A DNA stretch of 64,000 bases, taken from Thecamonas trahens ATCC 50062 (taxonomy: Eukaryota > Protista > Apusomonadida). How positions within the stretch are numbered: the stretch's first letter is position 1; every line of letters begins with the position of its first letter. This document shows positions 45,101 through 54,020 of the stretch, piece after piece. The stretch covers positions 372,001-436,000 of the forward strand of contig NW_013657669.1 in the NCBI RefSeq assembly GCF_000142905.1, given 5' to 3'. Position numbers and translations under genes: made by a program. The notes beneath the pieces are model-generated. The model saw only the letters and a list, made by a program, of their open reading frames with translations, was not told where the DNA came from and did no database searches.

Positions 45101-45336
45101 CGATCTGTGCCAAGGACAACCGCCACGTCCGCCAGTACAAAGCCTCGCTCGAGGCCAAGGCCCACGACCACGACCTGTTCTTCGGCAAGCTCGAGGCTGC
45201 GCCTGACGGCTTTGCCGTCGTCGCTGACTACCTCGGCCGTGGCATCTTCAACAAGCCGGTCATTGTCGGCGACTCGCGCCGCATGCGCGACGCCGGCCTC
45301 TCCGACGCTGAAATGCGCGCCATGCTCCTCCAGTAA
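42177..45336 (+). CDS. VPS11: Vacuolar protein sorting 11 (HOPS/CORVET); 9-nt first coding exon
   Basis: Exon 1 ATGTTCCAG (42177-42185), intron GTAAGT...CACAG (42186-42297), giving MFQWRKFQFF. Also 'LEPSYVIRKYLDEQRIHNLTTYL', 'DHTTLLLNCYTKLKD' and RING-H2 'CSRCSSALDLPAVHFLCMHSLHQRCL...CPIC'. Confidence 0.97.
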
Positions 45337-45460
45337 ACCATTACCCTGTCAGCCAGCGAGAGCGAGCTGGGCTTTGGCGCGGATTCCGGGAGACTCGCGC
45401 TGCACCTGCAGGCAAGCGACCTCGGGCTCTTGGCGGCGCACACTTGTCGCGTCCGGCCCC

Positions 45461-47983
45461 ATGCCCCACACCCCGCTGGTACTGGCTCAGCGCCGGCCGC
45501 GGTTTACACTCGTACGGCGCTCTGTGGCCGAGTCTGTGGCGTCAGCAGGCGGTCTCGAGGCAGTGAGCGTTGCAGCGGCAGCGGGCGCGCCTGTTGGCGA
45601 GGCGACGGAGAAGCCAGGCGGGAGTCGGCCGCAGCGCCCAGGTCGGGCGGCGCCTGGCCCGCCAGGGCGGTGGGCGGAAGACGTGGCGCGGATTGCGGCG
45701 CTGGAGGCGGAGAATGAGCGGCTGCGGCGCGAGCTGGAGAGTGTGAGCGCCGAGCTGAGCGCAGTTCGCAAGCGGCTGCGCAAGGTGACGGCGGTGGGCG
45801 CAGTGCCGGGCTCGCCGGTCGCCCTCTCGCTGCCGCAGAACCGGCTGCAGGCGCTGGTGGACGGAGCGCGGCGGCGGTCACGCCCGCAGGTCCCACTCTT
45901 GCTGGCGGATCGGGTCAAGGCGCGCGGCCGGCCTAGCGGGCGCGGGATTTCGGCGTCCGCAGCGATGGTGCTCGAGGACAACGAGGACGGCGAGTTGCGG
46001 GCGCGCGAGCGGGCGTGTGCCTTCTCGGGCTGGATGGAGCACGGGCAGCGGGCACGCGGGCCGGGCGGCGCGCTTATGTTCCGCAAAGTCTTCCTTGTTC
46101 TTGCTGATGGCGTGCTTCTCGGCTTTGCCTCGGACACGCACCGCAAGCCGCTGTTTGGCTGGTCGGCGATGAGCATGGCGGTGTACCGTGCCGGAAACCG
46201 GGTGGCGTCGCCGTATACGGTCGTTGTTCTCCGCGACAACTCGCATCTCGAGTATCTGCGTGGCGAGAGCGGCGTCGACTTTCTCAACTGGCTGACGGTG
46301 CTGGAGCTGGCGATTGGCGCCAAGCCGATTCTGCCGCGGGCGCTGCCGTCGGCGTGGCTTGCCTCGGCGATGCTCCATCGACCGGTCTCGGTCTATTGGT
46401 TCTCCAAGGTTGCACACATGATGTCGCCGGCGGGGTGGTGGTCGCGGGCGACGTCGTCGTTTGCCGTCGGCGCGCGAGCCCGGTTCCGACCGCACTACCT
46501 CGTGCTGTACAAGTATCGGCTGTTTGTGTTTACCAACTCGAGCGCGATCTCGCCTGAGACCTCTATTCCGTTGCCTGGCTACGCGCTGGCGACCGAGACG
46601 GCGTCAGAGAAGACGGCCAAGGTTGGTGAGGCGCATGTGCTCCGGCTGGAGCATCCGGGCCTGCCGACATACCACTTTGCACTGGCCTCGCTCGAGCTGC
46701 TTGAGGAATGGTCAGAAGCGCTGAGCAAGGCTGTGGAGCTAGGGCCATTCGGCCAGCCGTACGCGGCGCGCCAAGCGGCCAAGGCACGGCGCAACATCAT
46801 GGCAGCGAGGCGTGCGGCGCCAATCCGCGCCCGCCGGGCGGTCGACTTTCTGGAGCAGCTGGTGACCCGCGCTGGGCGGGCGCCGACGCTCGCATCGCTG
46901 CCGGTCCACTCGACGGTGGCGCTCAACACGCGGCTGCGGCAGCCGGAGGCCTTTTTCGACGCCCACCGGCCACGACGCGAGTCCGAGCTTGAGCTGGACG
47001 ACGTCTTCGCGCTCCTCCGCGAGTACCATGGTCTTCCACCGCGTGAAGACTCGTCGTCCGAGTACGAGTACGCGTCCGAGTCGTACTCTGGCGGCATGTC
47101 AGATGACTCGGATGACGAGCTGTCGTCGGGCTCGGGCTCGACCGAGATCATTGCACTCTCAGCGTCGTCATCAGGAGATGGGCTTTACTTTGGCAGTGGA
47201 AGCGGGAGCGAGACATGTGTCTGTCGCTCGTCTGTCAGCGACTGCGGCGGCGACGAGGGTAGCTCGTCCGGCTCGGCTGCGACTGCCACCGAGGTGATTG
47301 GAGCATGCAGCAGTGATGGTCCTGGGGCAGGAGAGTTTGTTGACGTTGTGGACGAGAGCGGGTCTACATCACTGGTTGATGGCGGCGCCAGCAGCCACGG
47401 GTCGTTCGAAGGTGATGGCAGCAGCGACGGGTCCACAACCAAAGTCGATGACAATATCAGCAGCGATGGGTCGAAAGGCGACGGCAGCAGCAACGGGTCT
47501 ACAACTCTGGTTGATGGCGGCGCCAGCAGTGACGGGGCGTCCGATGGCGGCGCCAGCAGTGACGGGGCGGCCGAAGGCGACGGCAGCAGCAACGGGTCTA
47601 CAACTCTGGTTGATGGCGGCGCCAGCAGCCACGGGTCGTTCGAAGGTGATGGCAGCAGCGACGGGTCCACAACCAAAGTCGATGACAATATCAGCAGCGA
47701 TGGGTCGAAAGGCGACGGCAGCAGCAACGGGTCTACAACTCTGGTTGATGGCGAGACCAGCAGCGACAGCTCCGCACCCGAGGCGTGCAGCGATTCCGAG
47801 CCGAACAACGGCCCGACCAGCACCTTTGAGGTGGCGCCAGTGCCCGCGAGCGCGAGGCACATGCTTGAAGTGCCGTCCCGCCGCATCCGAACCTTCCGTT
47901 TCTCTGCCGATTTCAACGTCCTCATCGAGGACCTCGGCGACATTATCGCCGAGCTCCAGAGCGAGAACTCCCCGCGACACTAG
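45461..47983 (+). CDS. Coiled-coil plus two PH-like domains with an Ser/Gly/Asp-rich repetitive tail
   Basis: Coiled coil 'IAALEAENERLRRELE'; PH1 'FSGWME...FRKVFLVLADGVLLGF...FLNWLTVL'; PH2 'FRPHYLVLYKYRLFVF...YHFALASLELLEEWSEAL'. Confidence 0.75.
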   Translation: MPHTPLVLAQRRPRFTLVRRSVAESVASAGGLEAVSVAAAAGAPVGEATEKPGGSRPQRPGRAAPGPPGRWAEDVARIAALEAENERLRRELESVSAELSAVRKRLRKVTAVGAVPGSPVALSLPQNRLQALVDGARRRSRPQVPLLLADRVKARGRPSGRGISASAAMVLEDNEDGELRARERACAFSGWMEHGQRARGPGGALMFRKVFLVLADGVLLGFASDTHRKPLFGWSAMSMAVYRAGNRVASPYTVVVLRDNSHLEYLRGESGVDFLNWLTVLELAIGAKPILPRALPSAWLASAMLHRPVSVYWFSKVAHMMSPAGWWSRATSSFAVGARARFRPHYLVLYKYRLFVFTNSSAISPETSIPLPGYALATETASEKTAKVGEAHVLRLEHPGLPTYHFALASLELLEEWSEALSKAVELGPFGQPYAARQAAKARRNIMAARRAAPIRARRAVDFLEQLVTRAGRAPTLASLPVHSTVALNTRLRQPEAFFDAHRPRRESELELDDVFALLREYHGLPPREDSSSEYEYASESYSGGMSDDSDDELSSGSGSTEIIALSASSSGDGLYFGSGSGSETCVCRSSVSDCGGDEGSSSGSAATATEVIGACSSDGPGAGEFVDVVDESGSTSLVDGGASSHGSFEGDGSSDGSTTKVDDNISSDGSKGDGSSNGSTTLVDGGASSDGASDGGASSDGAAEGDGSSNGSTTLVDGGASSHGSFEGDGSSDGSTTKVDDNISSDGSKGDGSSNGSTTLVDGETSSDSSAPEACSDSEPNNGPTSTFEVAPVPASARHMLEVPSRRIRTFRFSADFNVLIEDLGDIIAELQSENSPRH
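47372..47753 (+). repeat. Intragenic direct duplication (~148 nt, offset 234 nt) in the S/G/D-rich tail
   Basis: 47372-47519 recurs at 47606-47753, encoding LVDGGASSHGSFEGDGSSDGSTTKVDDNISSDGSKGDGSSNGSTTLVDG. Confidence 0.9.
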
Positions 47984-48755
47984 CCCGCGCCGCCTCGGCG
48001 AGCGCGGCAGCGTCGAAAACAAGCCCAGTCTCGACCAGCGAACGCTGCGCTGCGACTGCAGACTTGTAAATAGCCTCGACAGGCACCACCTTGCCAGTCT
48101 TGAGCATGCGGAGGACCGACCGCTTGACAAGCTCGTCAAAGTCGACGTCGGTCATGTTGACTACCTCGATGGCATAGCCGTGCTCGTCCGCCAGCGCCAC
48201 CGCATGTGCAATGGCTGGCATCTTGGTGTTGGTATTGCCCCACGCCACGAGCGGCACACCGGCGGCCATCGCCTCGCCCAGCGCGGTCTGCGCCCACGCT
48301 ACAGCCTTGCGCATAAGCCGCGTCTGCAACACCTGGGCTTCACTCGCTAGCCGCGCCTCCTGCTCCGCCAGCCGCGGATACTTGCGTCTGACATACCCAA
48401 TCGCACGCGCCAGCGCCCGTGCACACGCCCGTCGCTCTGAATCGTCGCGGATAGCCACGGTGGCCTCCAGCCGTGCCGCTAGTGCGTCCTCCTCGTCGTC
48501 GTCTCGGTCGTTGCTGCCGCCTTCCAGAAGCGCCGCCGCCCGCACAATTGCCGCCTGGCTCGTCGCCGGCAGATCTGCCCACGGAATACGCGCATAAAGC
48601 CCCGGGCTGTCGTCAATGCACACATCGAGAGGAGCTGGCTCGCGCTTGGCCAGTACGGTGCTCTTCCCCGCACACGGCGGGCCGACCGTGATCACCAGCA
48701 CCCTTGCGGCACCTGCATCCTCGCCCACAGCCATGGCATCCCCGTGCTCGCTCAT
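47943..48755 (-). CDS. P-loop kinase (AAA_33 / polynucleotide-kinase-like)
   Basis: 'VLVITVGPPCAGKST' Walker A, 'VAWGNTNTK' (cf. DNTN), lid 'LVKRSVLR...KVVPVEAI'. Confidence 0.75.
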   Translation of the reverse strand: MSEHGDAMAVGEDAGAARVLVITVGPPCAGKSTVLAKREPAPLDVCIDDSPGLYARIPWADLPATSQAAIVRAAALLEGGSNDRDDDEEDALAARLEATVAIRDDSERRACARALARAIGYVRRKYPRLAEQEARLASEAQVLQTRLMRKAVAWAQTALGEAMAAGVPLVAWGNTNTKMPAIAHAVALADEHGYAIEVVNMTDVDFDELVKRSVLRMLKTGKVVPVEAIYKSAVAAQRSLVETGLVFDAAALAEAARASVAGSSRSGARR

Positions 48756-49057
48756 GAGTCTGAGGAGCAGCTGGGTTCCGCCGCACTAGACACACACGAA
48801 CACACGCCAAGTCCCACAGCAGGTCAAGTGGTAGGTGGCCTTCCCCTCCCCTCCTCTCTCTCCCCTCCCCCCCCCCCTCCCCCTCCCGCCTCCGCCGCCA
48901 ACAGGAAACCAACAAGAAAAGGCCACTTTCCGACCCCGCCCGATCACCTCCACTACCACCGCCACCACTCCTCCCCTCCTCCCCCCCCTCCCCCCTCCGC
49001 CACCCCTCACCCCCCACCCCCACCCCCACCCTCTTCCCCACCACCCCACCCCAAGCC

Positions 49058-51265
49058 ATGGGTAAAAAGGCGCCCCCGTCCGAGTTGTCCGAGTGGGAGA
49101 CCTCGGTCGAGTTCTCGTCGCTGGAGGAGGCCGAGGCCGAGTCCCGACTGCACAACTTGGCCGACTCGCTGCATGGCGACTTGGAGAAGCAGCTGCTGAT
49201 GAAGCGGCTGAAGCGGGAGTTCCGGTCGCAAGTCCTCGAGTTCATCACTTACCTGGCATTTCTTCTGCTGTTCACCTTTGTCATGCTCGGCGTCCGCGAC
49301 CCCATCTACTCGTTCCAGTACAACCAGAGCATGAAGGATCTGTTTCTGGACGAGGAGTTCCCAGAGCCTGAGATCTACAAGACCTTCTACGACGTGGCCA
49401 CCTTTGAGGAGTTCTGGGAGTACATGAACGACGTTCTCGTTCCTGCTCTTTTCGCCGACCAGGGCGGCTTTGGTCCGGGCTTTATCTACGGCCAGAACCT
49501 GCTCGTCGGCACCGTCCGTGTCCGTCAAGTCCGCATCCGACCGGCCTCGTGCGCCGCGCTGGAGATCCCGTTCAACCAGGTCTTCTCCAAGGACCAGTGT
49601 CTCGGACGGTACACCTCGGACCGGGTCTCGAAAAAGTCGTTTGGTCCCGACAACAAGTTTGTCTACCGCCCCGCCACCGAGCTCAAGAACGCTGCCCGGG
49701 TCCTCGCCCGGCTTCAGTGGTACGAGGGCGGCGGCTTTGTGGAGGAGTTCTCGCCGGCGGATCCGTTGGCGACTCATGAGGCACACATGGCCTCGCTCCG
49801 TGACGACGCCTTTGCCGACCTGCAGACCCGCGCCGTCTTTATCGACTTTACCACCTACAACGCCAACGTCAATCTGTTCTTCAACGCCCAGATGACCTTT
49901 GAGTTCCTGCCGTCCGGCGGCGTGCTGCCGGCGTCGACCATGCGGACTCTCCGGCTGTACAAGTATCCCGACTCGCACGCTGGCCGACTGCAGCTCGCTG
50001 GCGAGATCATTCTCCTCCTCTTTGTCTTGTTCTACGTCTGCTCCGAACTGCACCAGTTGTACACGGCCGGGATTTGCAAGTATTTCCGCGACCCGTGGAA
50101 CTACCTCGACTGGATCAACAACGCCCTCTTCCTCGCAGCCTTTATCCTTCGCGCCATCATCATTGCCAAGCTCGACGAGCTCAACCTCGATGCCAGCAAC
50201 AACCGAGCGTTCTACAACTTCAATGTCCTCAACACGCTCAACTCGTCCGAACTCAATATTCTCGCCACCAACGCCTTCCTCCTCTGGTTCAAGATTTTCA
50301 AGTACACCACGTTTATCCCGGCCATGGCCATGATTGTCGAGACCGTGGCGGTCTCGTTCCGCAACACTGTTGGCTTTATCGTCATTTTTGCCTTTGTGCT
50401 CTTTGGCTTTGCCCAGGCTGGCGTCCTCGCCTTTGGCGTCGACGTCTTTGACTTCCGCACCTTTACCGACACCTTCTTCACTGTCCTCCGCATCATGCTT
50501 GGCGACTTTGACTTTGAGTCGATGCAGTACTCGAACCGGTTCTTCGGGCCCATCTACTTTGTGGCCTTTATGGTCCTCGTCTTTTTCATCATGCTCTCGC
50601 TCTTCCTCACCATTCTCAACGACGCGTACATCAACGTGCAGGAGGCCCACGAGGGCGAGCCCAACATCTCAGTCATCTCCATGACCCGCGACTGGATCCG
50701 CTCCAAGGCCGCTGTCTTTGACGCTCGGCCACACGGCGACGAGGTCGACGACCTCGTCCATGCCAAGGACCTCCAGCAAGACGAGCTGCTGACCCTCGAC
50801 GAGATGACCACCATTTTCCGCGACCACGAGGCCTCCATCCAGTCTGTCCTCGGCATGACCGCCGCAGAGCTGCTTGCCTACTTTGACGTCGACGGCTCGG
50901 GCCAGATTTCCGCAGAGGAGCAGATCCAGCTCATCCACAAGCTCGAGGACTGGCGCCGCGACGCAGAGCTGCTCCGCCACAAGGCGCTCGGTGAGGACGA
51001 CGAGTTCGTCCAGACCGCCCTCGAGGATCTGGCTCACTCGGACATGTCCACCTTTGTCGTCACCGTCAAGCACCAGCTCGCCACCATGGCAAAGACCATG
51101 GCACACATGGAGGACTCGGTCGAGCGCGTTCGCTCTGCGCTCGGTGTCGACGCCATCATCTGGGAACAGGAGGGCAAGCGCGCCGCTCGCCTTGGCACAC
51201 ACCTCCGCAACAAGGACCGTGCCACCTACCTCAAGCACGAGCTGCCCGATGGCCGGGCCGGGTAA
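49058..51265 (+). CDS. PKD2: Polycystin-2 (TRPP/PKD2) cation channel with EF-hand and coiled coil
   Basis: Polycystin domain 'NLLVGTVRVRQVRIRPASC', 'YEGGGF', 'TRAVFIDFTTYNANVNLF'; 'YFRDPWNYLD'; pore 'LRIMLGDFDF'; S6 'FLTILNDAY'; EF-hand 'FDVDGSGQISAEE'. Confidence 0.95.
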   Translation: MGKKAPPSELSEWETSVEFSSLEEAEAESRLHNLADSLHGDLEKQLLMKRLKREFRSQVLEFITYLAFLLLFTFVMLGVRDPIYSFQYNQSMKDLFLDEEFPEPEIYKTFYDVATFEEFWEYMNDVLVPALFADQGGFGPGFIYGQNLLVGTVRVRQVRIRPASCAALEIPFNQVFSKDQCLGRYTSDRVSKKSFGPDNKFVYRPATELKNAARVLARLQWYEGGGFVEEFSPADPLATHEAHMASLRDDAFADLQTRAVFIDFTTYNANVNLFFNAQMTFEFLPSGGVLPASTMRTLRLYKYPDSHAGRLQLAGEIILLLFVLFYVCSELHQLYTAGICKYFRDPWNYLDWINNALFLAAFILRAIIIAKLDELNLDASNNRAFYNFNVLNTLNSSELNILATNAFLLWFKIFKYTTFIPAMAMIVETVAVSFRNTVGFIVIFAFVLFGFAQAGVLAFGVDVFDFRTFTDTFFTVLRIMLGDFDFESMQYSNRFFGPIYFVAFMVLVFFIMLSLFLTILNDAYINVQEAHEGEPNISVISMTRDWIRSKAAVFDARPHGDEVDDLVHAKDLQQDELLTLDEMTTIFRDHEASIQSVLGMTAAELLAYFDVDGSGQISAEEQIQLIHKLEDWRRDAELLRHKALGEDDEFVQTALEDLAHSDMSTFVVTVKHQLATMAKTMAHMEDSVERVRSALGVDAIIWEQEGKRAARLGTHLRNKDRATYLKHELPDGRAG

Positions 51266-51312
51266 AAAGAACAAACGACCAGCTCACGCTACGCACCCGT
51301 TGCACTGCCGTG

Positions 51313-52713
51313 TTACTTTCGGCCGCGCTTCCGCGGCCGCCCACCCTTCCGTTTGCCGCCGCCAGAGCGGCGACTGGCGCCGTCGCTGTTGCCAGCTCGC
51401 TCACTCGGCCGCTTGTTCGAAGACTTCGTCACCGGGGCGTCCGAAGGTCCTAGCAACCACACGCCTAGGGCAGCCACCATGCCTACCGCCACGTACCCAT
51501 ACCGCCAGAGTGCCACCCACGACGAGGCCCGCAGAGCGCCATGCGCTTCCAGCAGGGCCTTGGCTTCGAGCTGCGGTGCATCGAGCTCGCCCTTCGCCGA
51601 CTCGAGTACATCGAGGGCTCCCCACCCGTTGAGTGTTGCCCGGTTCGGGTCTGCGCCGGCGTCGAGAAGGAGCGCCATCATCGGGACGTGTGCGTGCGCG
51701 GTGGCCGTGATGAGCGGTGTCACACCCTTGGCGTTTCCACCATTGACGTCGGCGCCAGCCGCCACAAGCGCACGCGCCACTGCAGTGTGGCCCTGCTCGG
51801 CGGCAATCTGCAGCGGCCGCCATCCATCCCGCCGTCCGGCGTCGGGGACGGCACCGGCCTGTAGGAGCGCCTCGCACACAGCCAGGTGTCCGCGCTGAGC
51901 TGCTGCGTACAGTGGCGTTGTTCCGTCGCCAAGTGCAGCCGAAACGTCGGCACCAAGCTCGATGAGGGTGCGGACCACGTCGAGATGGCCGTGGAACGCT
52001 GCAGCATACAGCGCCGAGCCCGATCGCTCGTCAGGAGTTGCATCCACATCGCCCCCGAGCTCGATCAGCTCGCGCACATCCCTGACATGGTTGTGGAGCG
52101 CCGCCAGGTAAACCTGGTCGTCGAGCTCGGCCCGCGACGTTGCGGGCGGAAGAATAACAAACTCATCGGCGTCTGGCCCGCTGCTTCTCCACCCGGCCTC
52201 GGCCCCAGAGCCGCTGCTTGGGCCCTGTGCCGATGATCCGGGCACCTGCGGGAGGGGAAGCTTGTCGTGGAACTTGCGCAAGATGCGAACGCGAGCGCCG
52301 TCTCCATCATCGCCGGCACCTCCACCGCTTTCGCCGACAAAGACCTCGGCGTGCTTGGCGTAGAAGGCCTCGAGCAAGGCGAGGTCTGACACCCCCGGCT
52401 GGGAGGGACCGCTGGGGTCCGAGGCCTGTAGCAGCGCTTGGAGCTTGCCTGCCGCCCGGTCCGAGAGCCCGCTTGCCTGCGCCTGCTTGATCCGTGCTTC
52501 GGCGCTAGCCTCGGCCGCTGCAAGCGCCAGCTCGGCCTCGTACACCGGCTGCCTCTCGCCGCCGCTTTCGGTCGCCACCGCCGCTGAGCTCACCGCCGCC
52601 CACATGGCGTCGTCGAGCGCAGCGCGGCCGTCACCGTCGGCCGCCCGGCACGCCGCCACCAGCCATGCAAGCCCGAGAGCAAGAGCAAGAGCGCTTGCCG
52701 TGCTCGCACGCAT
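51313..52713 (-). CDS. Type I membrane protein with ankyrin repeats
   Basis: Signal peptide; about 5 ANK repeats (GSALYAAAFHGH, TPLYAAAQRGH, RPLQIAAEQGH, TPLITATAHAH); TM 'YGYVAVGMVAALGVWLL'; basic tail. Confidence 0.88.
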   Translation of the reverse strand: MRASTASALALALGLAWLVAACRAADGDGRAALDDAMWAAVSSAAVATESGGERQPVYEAELALAAAEASAEARIKQAQASGLSDRAAGKLQALLQASDPSGPSQPGVSDLALLEAFYAKHAEVFVGESGGGAGDDGDGARVRILRKFHDKLPLPQVPGSSAQGPSSGSGAEAGWRSSGPDADEFVILPPATSRAELDDQVYLAALHNHVRDVRELIELGGDVDATPDERSGSALYAAAFHGHLDVVRTLIELGADVSAALGDGTTPLYAAAQRGHLAVCEALLQAGAVPDAGRRDGWRPLQIAAEQGHTAVARALVAAGADVNGGNAKGVTPLITATAHAHVPMMALLLDAGADPNRATLNGWGALDVLESAKGELDAPQLEAKALLEAHGALRASSWVALWRYGYVAVGMVAALGVWLLGPSDAPVTKSSNKRPSERAGNSDGASRRSGGGKRKGGRPRKRGRK

Positions 52714-52856
52714 GTAGCCAAGTGGTCCTATCTGGGCTGTCCAAGTGCTGCAGGTTGGGCGTATAGTCGGCAGACGTCCTTTTCCCGGGAATGCACAGTG
52801 TTATTCAAAGCCAAGCGCGAATTTTGTAATTCTCCCATACGTGGACATATGTGTTT

Positions 52857-52929
52857 GCCCGCATGGCCCAGTGGTTAGGGCGCTCCGCTTCGAACGGAGA
52901 GATCGCGAGTTCGATCCTCGCTGTGGGCT
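52857..52929 (+). tRNA. tRNA-Arg (anticodon UCG), intronless
   Basis: Cloverleaf: acceptor GCCCGCA/TGTGGGC, D stem GCCC/GGGC, anticodon stem CTCCG/CGGAG with loop CT-TCG-AA, T stem GCGAG/CTCGC with loop TTCGATC; 73 nt. Confidence 0.96.
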
Positions 52930-52932
52930 CCA

Positions 52933-52948
52933 TTTTTTTTTGTTTTTT
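52933..52948 (+). terminator. RNA Pol III oligo-T terminator of tRNA-Arg
   Basis: T9-G-T6 directly after the tRNA 3' end. Confidence 0.85.
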
Positions 52949-53217
52949 GCTTCGCTCTCTACCCTCCCGCATCCTCCCAGCTTGTGCAGACCACATCAAG
53001 CATTTGACGTGCTTGCGTCTGGCTCGCAGTCGTTTCTCGTTGGCCACCAAGGCCGCGGCAGCTCTTGCGGTGCCAGTGCAAAATCAATTCCCACTCAAAA
53101 TGCGCCTTACTCTCGCCTAGGCCAACTTGTTCGTGATGTGGGCGAAGCAATCGTCCGGCGAGTGAGCCAGCCACCGGTGTCCAACCTTTGCGGTCGCGGG
53201 CACTCTTCTGACGCGCC

Positions 53218-54009
53218 ATGCGACGGGCAGGACTAGCGAGACGACGGCGGGGAGTGCGGCGGTTGGCACGGGCGACATCTGTGGTTGCGGCTGGGTGCGG
53301 GGTTCTGGCGGCGCTGTTAACCTCGCCGTATGTGGTTGCCAACGCGACTGGCCACAGCAAGCAGTACACAGCCGCCGAGGGCTCCGGCGCGTTCGACACA
53401 CTCGACGGGTTCCTCTTTGTCATTGCCGGCGTATGCGGGGCGCTGGTCCTCACCGCGCTTGTCGGCCTCGCCGCGGGATATGCCGACGTGCCGTCGGCCA
53501 ACATGCTCTGGGCATACTCGGCTGTCATGGGTGTGCTGAGTCTCGGGGTAATGGTGGCGATTGTGCTGCCGTGGGTCGCGCACCCAGCTGAGTATGCTGA
53601 TCAGCAAGAGACGGTATGGGGATCTGGTCCGGCGGGGCTTGCTGCTACTGTGGCGGCGGCTCTGGTTGCGGGCGGTGCGGCGGCGGCGGCGGCGGGAGCC
53701 GGATGGCGGCACGCCAAGCTGGCGGCGCTCTCCGACGCGGACAAGGAGGAGCTGGCCAAGCTTCTTGCACCACCGGCGCTCCGTGTCCGGCGCGAGACGC
53801 AAGCGCTGCGCCCAAGCGATGACCCCCCTTCGCCGCTCAACTCGGACGTGATGCTTGGCGGACATCGATCGGGGCTTGTTGAGACGGCAGCCATCGACAT
53901 TCCTGGCACGGGCGAGGTCTCGCGGGCGGCGGCGGCTTCGCTCTCTGCAGCCTCGCAGGCTGACGTCATTACGGTCGATCCGCTGGTGGCGCGGTCGTGG
54001 CTTCGGTGA
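53218..54009 (+). CDS. Hypothetical four-TM membrane protein
   Basis: Four hydrophobic segments and a hydrophilic C-terminal tail. The stop lies 11 nt from the convergent FDPS stop. Confidence 0.6.
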   Translation: MRRAGLARRRRGVRRLARATSVVAAGCGVLAALLTSPYVVANATGHSKQYTAAEGSGAFDTLDGFLFVIAGVCGALVLTALVGLAAGYADVPSANMLWAYSAVMGVLSLGVMVAIVLPWVAHPAEYADQQETVWGSGPAGLAATVAAALVAGGAAAAAAGAGWRHAKLAALSDADKEELAKLLAPPALRVRRETQALRPSDDPPSPLNSDVMLGGHRSGLVETAAIDIPGTGEVSRAAAASLSAASQADVITVDPLVARSWLR

Positions 54010-54020
54010 CTGGTTGCCGT

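Noticed and set aside
49007-50650. Long antisense ORFs (e.g. 547 aa opposite PKD2, 436 aa opposite Sec15, 424 aa opposite VPS11)
   Set aside because: Shadow ORFs are expected at high GC3, and none shows recognisable motifs.
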